Shown here: one piece after another, positions 38,800-50,644 of the stretch
Layout of the letters: each line of letters starts with the position of its first letter
How positions within the stretch are numbered: position 1 is the first letter of the stretch
NCBI GenBank assembly: GCA_010015805.1
Contig: ML978124.1
Span: forward strand, 2,418,001-2,482,000
DNA length: 64,000 nt
Direction: 5' to 3'
Source: Rhizodiscina lignyota
Taxonomy: Eukaryota
The notes under the pieces: model-generated
Told to the model about the DNA's origin: nothing
The model's database searches: none
What the model saw: only the letters and a program-made list of their open reading frames with translations
Program-made: the position numbers and the translations under genes

Positions 38800-39627
38800 T
38801 CACTTCTCACGTTCCATCGCCTCCGTATCAATCCACAACGCCTTCTTAGCTTGCAGCATCCCATCCTTCTTCGCCTTCTCCTCGGCATCGACTCGAACTG
38901 TTGCATCTTTGACCAGTTCATCCACCCAGGCCCTCACTTCCTCCAGGAACTTCTCTTTCTCTGCCGTATCATCTTCCGCCTCTGCGCCGTCCTTCCTATC
39001 CGGGTCAACGATCGCTTGTCCTACTTGTGCAACCTCCCCGCAAATATCCTCCCATTCTTTCTTGAACGATGCAAGAGAGGTCTCCGTGTCCATGATGAGC
39101 TCAGCAAAATCCGAGAATGATTTGCCCAGGGTAGTCTCGTACGGCTCTTTTCTTGCCTCATTATCAGAGTCTCCGAGCTCGGCCGAAGAATCGATATTAC
39201 TTGACTTTGGCACGATTCGAAGTACCTCGTCGCCGATTGGGCGGTGAAGATACATTTGACGCCTGACCAAAGCATCGATGTTCGTCTCGTCGTCTCCATC
39301 GACGGACCGTGCTGTTATCTTGTCTATAAACGGGTCATTATTCTTATCTTGCTCCTGTTGTCCTGTCTCGCCACGTAGACCAGCGAGGAGGGCAGCCTCG
39401 GCCTCATCGAGCGCACTGGCTGCTGAGGCGAGGACGCCATCGCGGTATTCGACGAGCGCATCTGTTCACAGTCAGAAAACTGACAGGTTATAGTGACAGA
39501 AAGTGAGACACTCACCAACCCATTTTGCTGCGAGCAGATACTTCTCCTTACCTCGACGCGTCTCTTTGGAGGAGCTCGACTTTGAGTTGCGCGCGCCTGC
39601 ACTACGATGCGTTTTGCTTTTCGTCAT
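38800..39627 (-). CDS. Hypothetical helical/coiled-coil protein
   Basis: ATG 39627 MTKSKTHRS..LLAAKWV; intron 39462-39515 (GTGAGT..CTGAC..CAG) joins in frame to ORF 38800-39270. Confidence 0.7.
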
Positions 39628-39993
39628 ATTAGTAGAAGCCCCAGTACCCTTTCGAGAGGAACAAGATGAATATGGCGAAGCATACGGTTGTGGGCCCACT
39701 CGACGAACGGTGAGGATTTTATGGACGATGAGGGTGAAGATCGTGATGTATAAAACGGTGAAAAACATGGCACCGAGAGGAGTGACAGATCAGATGAGGC
39801 AGAGTAAGGCGAGAAGAGTGAGTTAATAGGAGAAGATTGAGGTTGTTGAAGTTGTGATGAACGGGTGTGTTGAACTTAATACAGTGACAACTGAACTCGT
39901 CGTCCCACGTGCAGCTTCATCGCAGCTTTTGTCATAGGCTCTGCAAAGTACCCAAGGATCTGTCTCTCAATACAGTTACATATTATATACTCT

Positions 39994-40767
39994 TTAAGCT
40001 TCTACCACAACCTTCTTCTCTGCCAGCAACTTGGCTAATGACCCATCCTGATGCATCGACATCAAAATATCGCAACCTCCAACAAACTCGCCATCTACAT
40101 ATAGCTGCGGTATCGTCGGCCAGTCCGAAAACTTCTTGATCCCTGTCATCTCATCAGTATTTGTTCGCAGCTTCCCTTACTGCTGTTGTGTATTGCCTAC
40201 CTTGACGGAGCTCCTGATCCTCTAGCACATTGAACGCCGCAAATTTCGCTGGATCCACACCCTGCATGCCCAAAATTTGCACGCTCGCCCGTGAGAACCC
40301 GCATTGTGGCATCTCTGGTGTGCCTTTCATGAAGAGCACAACGGGCTTCTCCTTCACTGCCTTGGCGATCCCTGCCATCACCTCATCGTCCCGCGCCTTG
40401 TCCGTTGCGGTGTCTGCGCCCAGGTCGGTCGATGGCGCAGCTGTGGATGAGGATTTGGGAGGATTGGGAGTCGCGTCGGCTTGCGTAGTGGAGTATCGTA
40501 GGGATCGAGTGTAGGAGAGGCATCGTGATTGTGTCGCGAGGCGGAGAGCTGGTGATGGGCGTGCTCGTGCTGGTTGAGTCGCGAGTCTGGCAGGTTGAGC
40601 GGAGCGAGCTACTCTTCGTACAGCCTTTTGCCGTTGTTAGCTCTCCAATACACAAACGAAAGCTTTGAAACTGAATGCATTGTGCTGGCGATGGACCGTT
40701 GTCAAAGCTTCAAGAACAGATGGGATGATCGAGCACATACCGACGCCACCACAGGCCGAGAAAGCAT
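39994..40767 (-). CDS. GRX5: Mitochondrial monothiol glutaredoxin (CGFS type)
   Basis: Exons 40741-40767, 40201-40624 and 39994-40142: Arg/Ala/Ser presequence, [50 protein letters not shown]. Confidence 0.95.
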
Positions 40768-41294
40768 TTTGTTGATGACAGAGATGGGAAAGGCCAGGTC
40801 TGACAATTAAATGGGTAATCTCCGCAATTGCGAAAGGGAGATACTCTGATGATACGTGCGGTCGTTCGAGTAAAGGTGTGTGTGATGGAACGGAGGAGCT
40901 CTTTTTCGCCGCATCAATGACATTGCCAGTCTCGACGAGCACATGACTCGTCGAATCACTAATCACTTTTCAATTCGACTTCAATGTACGACGCTGAGAT
41001 GAATTATAGAAAGAAACCTGTCTTTCCGTATACTAAAGATCTTGCTAAGCATCATAACCTTAAAGCTGGTACAGGAAACTCCTTCACCAGCCCCTGAATG
41101 ATACTTCACAATATTGTACCTTCCCATGAAAACGCCGGAGATTCTGCTAACAGCCGCAGGGAGATAGATCTCCATCGATGCTGAGATTCAACCCCTTTGC
41201 TTTCTGATAAAAGAGACCCATTATCATCAATCAAATGCCCATTCAGAAAGAATCGTATGCCCAACAATTGTTCTGGTTCCGTCAAGGATGACAT

Positions 41295-42455
41295 TCAACC
41301 ATACCACCAATCGTAGAAGTTGTCATCCTCGTCAGGTACCAAAGGTGAAACCTGAATGGGTCCTCTTTCACCCCAAGATGAATATCCAGACTTGTGCTTC
41401 AAAGCCCAACAGATTCGATTATCGCAGACATCTTCAACTTTCACTTGGTCATCCCAGCAAAACTCTTCTGCATAATGGAACTGGCCCATGACTCTCGCTT
41501 CAAGCCCATCGCTGTCTCCAACGACCTGTCGAACCAGGTCAACGATCATCTCGGCGAAGTGGGACTTGAAGGCGCAAGATTCACCGTAGCCGCCGTGCAA
41601 TCTACAACGAAGATAAATTTGGGGCTTTTCAAGGCCCAATAGGACTTGTAGTAGTCCGGTCAGCGCACTAAGATCGAACTTAGCCATGTGCTCATGCTTA
41701 TCGCGCCAAGGGAAATCGAGGTCGATTTGCATGGTCTCCAAGTTAAAACAGTATGACAAAGCTTTAAGGCCGTCATCGTATGATCTTCCCAGCATACAGT
41801 GACTTATGCTGATGTGTTTGATATGGCTGAGTGCCTCATGAGACATAGGGTCGGCCCACAGGCAGCGTCCGACGATGCGCTGTTCGTAAAAATCGAAGAT
41901 CGTATTGCCGATGACAAGGGGAAACGTTTCGCTTCGAAGCTGCTGGTTTGTATGGACAATTGCTGGAAATAAAGGAGGCGTCCACATAATGACGTTCCAA
42001 TCCTGGTGGCTCTCCGACCAGCCGTTGTCCCAGCCGTCGTCACTCTTGCTACTCAACGTCCAAGTGACCGGTTTCACATGGATTATTCTAGGGGGAATGA
42101 GATAGTCGTACACTCGATTTCGCAACTCCGCTGGCAGTTCCCTGTTACCGATCAATATCCTGACATTCTGGCTGGAGGTTATACTATCTTACAAGAATGG
42201 GAAGGTGTACAAGAACGGGAACAAAGAACTTGCGGCTTTGCCCCGTGCCAGAGCCTCCGCATAGCTCCATGTCTTGGCGGATTGAGTTGGTTGCTGTGAC
42301 TCGCTATGACCATCGGTCTGAATCGAGACACAGGTCTCGTCGAGGGACCTCGAGTCTCGCGATTTCGCCCGGATAGGTGTCGATAAGGATGAGGGTGGTT
42401 GTCTTGAATGCTTTCGAGGATCGTTGTCGGGACCACGCGAGGACTTTATGGGCAT
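41295..42455 (-). CDS. Hypothetical protein with F-box-like/2EXR-like motif
   Basis: Intron 42142-42210 restores FPFL|ELPAELRNRVYDYL; followed by PAIVHTNQQLRSETFPLVIGNTIFDF, typical of this fungal family. Confidence 0.75.
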
Positions 42456-43370
42456 GCCACCAGCAAGCTATAACACATCAGGACTCCTGCTCCAGAACGA
42501 TTACCCCAAAGTTTTAGACTTACAGTTGCAGATCTCATAGTCTTCGTCAATCGAGCTGGTTCCCTCATTTCGTATACTGATATCGAAGGATTTCGACCGA
42601 AGGTGGCCTCCAGGAATCGGAGGCTGTACACTCAACCGAGATTGGTATGGGTGTTGAGAAGGTAAGGAGAGAGGTATGTGGTGTAAGATGTGGAAAGGAA
42701 CAAGTAGAAGTTAAAACATATTCATAATTATATACTCAGAAGTCGCTGGGTTGAACAACAGCGCGGTAATGGAAGCTTTCCTAGTGACACAGCGCTGTCA
42801 CAGAGTGCAGCGTCACGTTCTGTGTAAGCGCCAAAGGATACAACATCAGCATCTATTCGCTTTAGATCGACACAAACTCGCTTATTTGCTTGTTTAATTT
42901 GTGAAGCATCGAAGTCGCTCGATGTTTGAGAGCGAGCGATTGCCCGGTGCCATTCAGACCTCGGAACGAGGACATTCCCAGGCAAATACCACTCTGGTTC
43001 AAAGCCTTAAAATGTTCAAAAGTTTCGACAATTTGTGATGTTCTAACTAGAACTTTGTGGAATTGATCAGTAGCAGCGGATTTCCAATTGAAAGTGCTTA
43101 GCTATTCAAGGGAATGCAAACGTTGAAGCCGAGGATCACCATCTCAAGTGAGACGTGTGTCTGCGAATATAACTTGCTGACTCAAATAATTGCGAAGACA
43201 CAGAAGAACGGCTTTACATCCGCCGGGGCAGACTGGTCGGCTTTCTCGTGTCACAACTACGCGTATTGTCACGTATGTATATTGTGGAAGAGGAAGGGGT
43301 TGAAAATGCACGACTAATAGAAGACAAAAAAAGCAAGAGTTCTTTCGACAACTCTATGGCTTTCATCATT

Positions 43371-44406
43371 TCATGTAAAGTTGTACAACCCCACATGCAT
43401 CGACCTGTGATCACCATTGTTCGCATGGAACACCATGTGCTTCCCATCTGCTGCAATGCTCCCACCACCAGGCGCCGTCAGGTTGTCCGTACCAGTCTCC
43501 ATTATCGTGCCGAGCTTCTGATATGGTCCTTGTACATTTGTTGCCACGGCGCACTTTACATCGTATTCATTCGATGACCAGCAGTTCGACGAGTAGAAGA
43601 GATAGTAGTATCCATTCTTCGGTATGATTGAGGGTGCTTCGACTAATGGCCCATCGTCGTCGTCTCGATCGAGTATTAAAATTCCAAGCTCGTCGATGAG
43701 CTGAATACCATCACCCCAGACTTTGTGTAGTACGATTGGCGTCGTAACGATGGGCTCAACGAGATTGCCGCAACTGCCACCGTTGCCGACAGCGTTACCA
43801 TCAACTTTGTATACGACATAGCGCTGGCCGTCGGCATCACGGAAACTAGAGGGATCGATTGCGCCCCCGGTGCTATGCGGACAGAACATCGGTTCGGAAT
43901 GGGGAATGAACGGTCCGTAGATGGATGGAGATACAGCGGCGCCAATGCAGTGACGCCCGACATTATTTGCGCGTGCGGAGTAATACATTACGAATGATCC
44001 GTCATCCTATTTACTTATGAGAAGGTGCAGGAAATTTTTCGGCATGGAGTGAACTCACAACTTGCGAGACGTCTGGTGCCCAGAACTGAGCGCTCGTGGA
44101 GTTGACCCAGTCGGGGATGAAAGCCAGAGCATCCCAATCGCTCAAGCTCCAGCTCAGGAAGTCATATGACATCGCCAGCTGGATGTTGTAGGCCGTTCCA
44201 TCTCTTGTCGTCGATGACGCGAATGAGTACCATACTCCTTCCACATTGATAAGTGAGGGATCCGCGAAGTCTGATGCGACGACAGGATTCGTGCTGATGC
44301 TGTCGTATTTGATGACAATGTCTCTGCGCGCCGGTGCAACGACGGATAACGGGAGAAGAGGTATCAAAAGGCGTCGTGCCGCTTTGAGGTGGCGGCGGAT
44401 GGCCAT
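43371..44406 (-). CDS. Glycoside hydrolase family 43 protein
   Basis: DFADPS, FWAPDVSQV|DDGSFVMYYSA (intron 44007-44058), GGAIDPSSF, LVEAPSI, YYLFYSSNC, TAPGG, MVFHAN. Confidence 0.92.
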
Positions 44407-45565
44407 CGAAAATATGTATGTAACGAGGGAATGAAGAGGCTTCGCAGGATCCCTGGAGTGGGAGAGTGGTGGACTAACAGAATAACGCAAACGTTGAGAA
44501 ATGGCGAATGAGAGTGAGGAAAGGGAATGTAGAAGTTTCAAAGCGATTCGGGCAGAATAATGGACTCAACAGTCAGATGCTGCGCCTTCCAGAGGAAATC
44601 GCATAACAGGAAAGCGGCTACCTCTCGGCGCCGCGTGACGAAGGTCCATTTACCATTGCCATTCCTTGTCCACGTAGGATGGAATGCGTGCGGGGAAGGC
44701 GGGATGTATTGTGTTCGTTTGCAAACAAGTGCTGAACCAGGTGGTGTGAAGGTTCGACTCTGTGTGGTGTCTTTAAGGAGAGACGTCAAGCGTGCAAAGC
44801 GCTTCGCAGATGTGGGTCTTGGTCGCGCCCACAACGCTGAACGATTTGGATCAGAAAGATAATCTGGAAATGTATTGTGATTGAGCCCCTTTCTCTTTCG
44901 CTTGATTGACATCGACCCTCTGTCCGTCAATGATAGAGGGATAATTAAAACTGATTACCAATCGAGCGAAGAGAGGTGTTCCCGCCTCTAGCAGGTGCGA
45001 TTGTCCAGAAAATTTCGAGTGCCTAAAGCATTGAGATTTGGAAACAAGATTGTCGAATGGACATCAGTTGATTCATTTGTCGCTACTTCCTGTTTTGAGG
45101 CGGCGTCGGGGGAATAACAGAAACTCGTCCATTTCCTCCGGACATTGTTGGTATTTAGTAGTGTTATCTACCAGATATCATCGGAAATAGTAGCACCAAT
45201 GTGTCTCTACAGCCGTATGGAATATTGGACAGAGCTGTGGACATCAGCGCAAGAATTACAGCGACTACAAGCCTCATGGATTCATTGGAAAGCCTGACAC
45301 CATATGCGCGCCAGTATCGCATCCACTGCACAATATCAGGATGCTCTCACTCATTACCGTGGGAAATAGATACGAGAAATGTACGGAGTCATTGAACTGA
45401 CTTGATTGGAGAAATTTAAGTGAACATCTTCCACGATTGCCGAGCCCGTCTAAGGCCATCGTGCAAATCGCATGTGAATCTAGGGTAGCCTCCAGAAAAC
45501 AGAGATTGAACCAAAAAGAGATTCGTCCTTAATTCATGGAATGAAAGAATCCGTGAATCAGGCGA

Positions 45566-46423
45566 TCACTTGGAGGTTCCTACGCCGTCTTTCCGGTCTT
45601 CCTTACTGCGAGACTTCTCAAGATCCTTCGTGAACTCCTGGAACATTGCGCTTATGTCCGTCTTGTCGTTCTTCTCCGTAATGAGTCCCTTGAGCCACTT
45701 GTTTTCCATCTCCAGCTGCTGGACACGGTTCTCAAGAATGTTAACCTTCTCGGTCATCTCCTTTGACGTCTTCTCGAGCGCCTGCTCGCGCTGCTTCTTC
45801 TTGATGCGGAAGCGAGCGCTTGCAGCCGTGTTCCTGCGGCGCTTGTCCTCCTCCGCTGCGAGCCTGGAAGCCTCCTCCATGACCTGAGCACCGTTGGGAT
45901 CGCCCATGTAGTCCAGCTTACGCTTGTCACCAGATTGAGGACCGAGCGCGCGACTGGTTGGGGACGTAGCGGTAGGAGAAGCGTGCTGGAGGGGTCCGCT
46001 GTGGGGCATAGCAGGCTTGATGTCAGGATTGTGCCCATCGGCAAAGTTGGGAGCGAAATGGAAGTCGGGAAATTGGAAGTCCGCTGTAGACTGCGAGTTA
46101 GAAAAAAAGTTTCCTGTCGGAAGTCGAGATCACTTACCTTTACCCATAGTGGAAGAGGACGGCGAAGTCTCATAGGATGACTCTTGCTGCCTCTTGAGAC
46201 GAGCTTCAGCCGAGTCGAAATCAGAAGGTTGCGCCATGCGAGTGACTTCTCCCAAGTCAAAGTCGAAGAAGTCAGTGTTGGTGAACAAGGCCATGTCGTT
46301 GTCCAGGCCGGCAAACTCGTCCTGGTTCTGCGCAGCGGGATCTTGAGCCGACGGAATAGTATTCAGGTCGGCCAAATATTGAGACACATTTGGTGCCCTG
46401 CGACCGCCACTGTAAGTTGTCAT
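45566..46423 (-). CDS. metR: bZIP sulfur-metabolism regulator MetR/Cys-3
   Basis: N-terminal GRRAPNVSQYLADLN and LFTNTDFFDFD blocks; intron 46084-46137; bZIP AAEEDKRRRNTAASARFRIKKKQREQALE..QLEMENKWLKGLITEK. Confidence 0.9.
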
Positions 46424-46956
46424 GACGGTGCGCACCCGTGGGAAGAGAGAACCGTCTTCCCTCGTCGCGATTCAGCTGCTCTCTTCCTGTGTTTCGCGAT
46501 GAATATTTTTGGGTGGCGACGGAATGAAGGCCGGAGATATTAGGGACAACGGCAACACAATTATCGTGAGATGAGCGGTCGAAGGGGTTGATTCTATGTT
46601 GACGGTGAGGTGTAAAGTTGAAATTTGTTTGAATATGACGCTTATAGGATCGAAGTGCCCGAGGCAATAGGGCGTAGTTGACGTCGAGATTACTCTGACG
46701 ATCAGATCGTTGATGACAAACTCGTTGGTGGGTGGTGTCCCGCGTCTGCCGGCGAACAAAGCCCTGCCAAGCGGCGTCGAACGGGCGGCCGCGGCTCCTT
46801 GATGCCTCGAGGTGTCAATAAGAACCACCTGATACCGATTGATCAGAGGTAGGATGTGTAGAGGAAGACTGTGCAGGAGTGAGAGAGATTCACTTGGCTC
46901 GTTGTTGAGGCTCGCTGGAGTGAGTCGCGCGATTCCACGGAGCGGGGCAATTGGGA

Positions 46957-47215
46957 ATGGCGCAATTCTGGGGTTTTCCATCAGACAAACACTCTTTCCT
47001 CTTTGAGCAGTGCGATCCGAGTTTGCACGTGCAATCTCGGACATTTCTCGCTTGCGCGGCCCGGATTTCCTGACCCGGCCTCAGGGCTTCAGATCACGGA
47101 GCAAGGTTTTTCCGATCTATTCCCGAAGACGGAGGATTCCGAACCTATCCCTATGAGTATCACGTGATCCGCGCATCCCATCGCGTGGCTCGGCAATAAG
47201 CGCGTGTTTACGCGT
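46957..47215. promoter_or_regulatory. Motif cluster in the divergent metR/CHL4 promoter: CYS3-like site, two palindromic CACGTG E-boxes, MCB
   Basis: ATGGCGCAAT 46957-46966; TTGCACGTGCAA 47023-47034; ATCACGTGAT 47159-47168; ACGCGT 47210-47215 with further CGCG words nearby. Confidence 0.5.
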
Positions 47216-47282
47216 GTCAACAATGATATTTTAACATCACGGACTCGATACCACCCTTGAACAGAGCCATTGACGACCAACT

Positions 47283-48888
47283 ATGGCTCCAAGAGCTCGC
47301 CTTTCAGTTCCTACGAATGCTGCGCTTTCCCACAGCCATCGACTGTCGCCGTCAAACCGCGATGTTTACAAGGCCCTTTCGCGACTGTCGCGTCCTTCAT
47401 TGCTATCACTAGCATTAGAATGGCTCTCAGATTCGAATCTCCAACACTGCCTCCCATACACCCTTGCCGATGAAGACCAAGATGATGCAGACGACGAAGA
47501 TGCGCCTTATTCGGCGGCGCAGAGCATTGAAGAGCTGACGGAAATATACGAGGAACTGCGTGGTCGCAAAGATAGCAAGAGAGAGATCATAGACCGCATA
47601 ATGGAAGGCGACTGGCGGCGCGGAATCTCATTATATCAGCTAGCAATGGCAGAGACACGATACGTCATGGAGCACCAATCGTCACAAAAGTGGCACGCAC
47701 TGCGCCTCACAAGTATCCGCGACGATGACAGCGGGCACGACACAGAGAAGCGAGAGGAAGAAGAGCTGCCTCGATTCCGCCAACAGACTTTCCTCCAGAA
47801 CTTACAGCGCGAAATCGGCCCATTTGCAAAAGCACATCACTATTTCATGAGAGATGAAGAGCTCCGCATCTCATTGCTGCGCGTTCAACTGTACGATCTG
47901 CCGTATAACAGTTCTCAAGCATTACAAGATGTTGCTTTAGCGAAACGTGGACCGTCGGAAGGAGCAAAGAGCGTATATGCTGTGTTCCCTGATGCTACGG
48001 CATATGTCTATGTATCTCTTGGATCATCCTCGAACCAACCTGGAACGGATGGGAAGAGCTTACAACGGATCGTCATTGACGTAAGAACCCGATTGGATAT
48101 TTCCTTCTCTTGCTGATACATCTTAGGCAATTCCAAAGGCTCTCTCGCGACCACAAGCAAGATACACATTGAAAACGACTGCTCTATCTGCCAAGTCTCT
48201 GCCGTCTCTTCTAGCGCTGAGAGGTTCTGGAAGAAGTAACACGGCATCTGGAGGATGGAGCATATTCGTCGAGGACAGTAAAGGATCAAACGCGCTGGAC
48301 TATGCGGAGTCGGCAAGCAACGACATTTTGACGCCAGCAGACAACAAAGAGAACATGCAGCACGGAGAAAAGCGCAGGCTTGAGACTATTGGCGAGACAA
48401 ACGACGTTCAGAATCGAAAACGATGGAAACGAATAGCAGAAGGAAGATTCGGACGCCCAGGCCTAGAATGTGATGGACATGGCATTGAGCGCTTCGAAGT
48501 TCGTATCGATGACGCCTTTCCAAAGTCTGACGATGGAAAGACCATTGTCTCGCGCAAACGCGACCAACCAGAAGATAGAATTGATGGTTCTCACCAGAAG
48601 GTGGTGACAAAAACATCGTCAAAGTCGGGACGCAAGAAGCGCCCTTCGCTGTTGGACAAGACGCAGAATGACGAAATGGACGAATCGCGTGAGGCCAACA
48701 GCACGTGGAAACCGGATGTTCGCATTCTGTTTCATGGCGCTCACGTCTTTGCGGGGATAAGAAAGTTGGTCGAACAGGGTGTGGTAGATGGTGAGAAAAT
48801 GCCAGGCTGGATGACAGGCGAGGCTGGCGTCAGCATTGGTGTGGTTAAGCATGGCAGAATGATGGCTAAGACAGATGCGGCTCTTTGA
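47283..48888 (+). CDS. CHL4: Inner kinetochore protein CENP-N/Chl4/Mis15
   Basis: LSRLSRPSLLSLALEWL, KREIIDRIMEGDWRRGISLYQLAMAE; intron 48081-48126 gives D|AIPKALSRPQARYTL; C-terminal FHGAHVFAGIRKLVEQG..KMPGWMTGEAGVSIG. Confidence 0.92.
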
Positions 48889-49040
48889 GATCCGTGGGGC
48901 GGAGCTGTACCATGTACCCGGGAGTACGGAGTCGAAAGGGCTGATACCCAATGGGTTTCGATGGCTTTGCGGCGGCTGGATTCGACAATTGATGGGTGTA
49001 GTTACGAGTTGACGATTCGTCCAGCTTCAGCTCTCACCAA

Positions 49041-49385
49041 TCACGATCGCATTGGAGCTTCATCCCCTCTCCCCGATACCATCCTTATCCTGATAGGGCC
49101 GCTGATGTCTTCCACGCCAATGTGGTCGTCTAGAACAACCCCACGCTGCAAGATCTCCACCTGACCACCTGCCCGCAGCTTCCAAGCGACCTTCCGTACC
49201 GGCTCCATGGCACCTCTCCAATCCTGAGCGCCTAAACTGCTCAGTTCTGCAGTAGAGAGGGCTCGGGCGACCTCGGAGGGGCAGATGGTCTTTGGGTAAG
49301 CGCGCGATTCTAACAGAGTGCGCAAGTGGCTTTCCACGGTGTCGGCAGGGGTGGGCGAGGCCGGCGGATTGGCCGGATAAGGCAT
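49041..49385 (-). CDS. DUF3253-family small protein
   Basis: RAYPKTICPSEVARAL..WRGAMEPVR..GQVEILQRG..GPIRIR signature. Confidence 0.85.
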   Translation of the reverse strand: MPYPANPPASPTPADTVESHLRTLLESRAYPKTICPSEVARALSTAELSSLGAQDWRGAMEPVRKVAWKLRAGGQVEILQRGVVLDDHIGVEDISGPIRIRMVSGRGDEAPMRS

Positions 49386-50644
49386 TTTAGCCAGGCTGTC
49401 GATGCAGCTTTGGTCAGCCGAACGCTGCCTGGTTCCGCGTCATGAGACAATAGGCAGCTGTTGAGGATGTAGAATGGACCTCTCAGAAGCTGATGAAGAT
49501 GTTGGATATTGGCTCGAGCTTCCAATGGATGGAGAAGACGACGTCGGAGGTGGGATGGTCCGACAACATGGCCACGCTTGGAGCTATTTTTGGCCCCTGC
49601 GACCCAAACGCGGGAAGCCCCGCGGCGATCCGCCAAAACAAAACAAACCACCACCAACCTCCATCTCAACTTCCATTCGGCTATCCACCGACCACTCACA
49701 ACCGCGGATTGTCGCTACGCCGCACGATTCTCTTGCTCATATTCGTTCATCACAGTATCCTCAAACTTTCCAACATGGTTTTCTGTACTCCTCCAATTGT
49801 GATAGAGCTTCGTGGCCTATCGTCTACCTGCGCCGCACATGTGGCTTGTAACAGCAGTGAACGCCTCATATCAACAACCCCAACCCAGCCCACCTTACGC
49901 TCGTTTTCAAGGCGCTCGGCGGGAAGGCGGGCAGCTCGAGGCCATGCTGAGACATCTCGGTCGCATCGAATGACAATTCTATACCCTTTTTGGGGCTTTG
50001 CGGAGAGTTGCCGTTCATCTTGGCCGGAGGCTTATGCACTAGTTCCACTACAGCGCTTAGATCCGCCGCGCTTAGAGACCACATCCCATTCGAAGGCTTG
50101 CCTTCTACCAGCTCTCACTCGTCGGTTGTTTCCTATCCGGCTGCATGTGCTGCTTATTTTTGCATCTGTTCTGCATGTCAAACGTCCTCGTTCCTGCCAC
50201 CTCACCACCTTCTCGCCTTCTGGAAATCCTCCGGAAGCGCGAATCATGGCACAGCTGCGAGGCCGGCGAGAATTCAGGCACCATGATTCCTTGACATTTT
50301 CGTAGTCAGTCCAATGAGGACAGTATGCATCTACGCGCTGCCTCCGAAGTTAGTAGGTTCTGTTATCGGGCTGAATCTCGAGGCTTGCTTTGCCTCACTA
50401 GGTTCATGGATTAAGCGTCGCGATATCTGCAAGCATTCACGGTGCATGAAACATTAGATCGAGCGAATAGTTGACTATGAGTGTGGTGTTTGTTTTGTCC
50501 GTTTATGTGACCGTGTTGACTTTTGTTCAGTCCATATCCGCATTCTCTGCTGATCGGCTCCAGTTCTCATCGTGTTCCTTTCTCCTGACTACCTTTGAGA
50601 CAAACAGCCCTGGAGAGCTGCAATTGTAATTCTTTCAATTCTCA

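Noticed and set aside
37246..40767. CCP1 and GRX5 proximity as a mitochondrial redox/iron cluster
   Set aside because: Separated by an unrelated gene, with no shared promoter; no evidence beyond coincidence.
41106..41294. ATG immediately after the TGA of the F-box-like gene (possible readthrough or reinitiation)
   Set aside because: The following 62 codons have no recognisable features; chance is sufficient.
49493..50305. 270-aa plus-strand ORF between the DUF3253 and DUF3176-like genes
   Set aside because: Non-protein-like composition in a divergent promoter region; no motifs.
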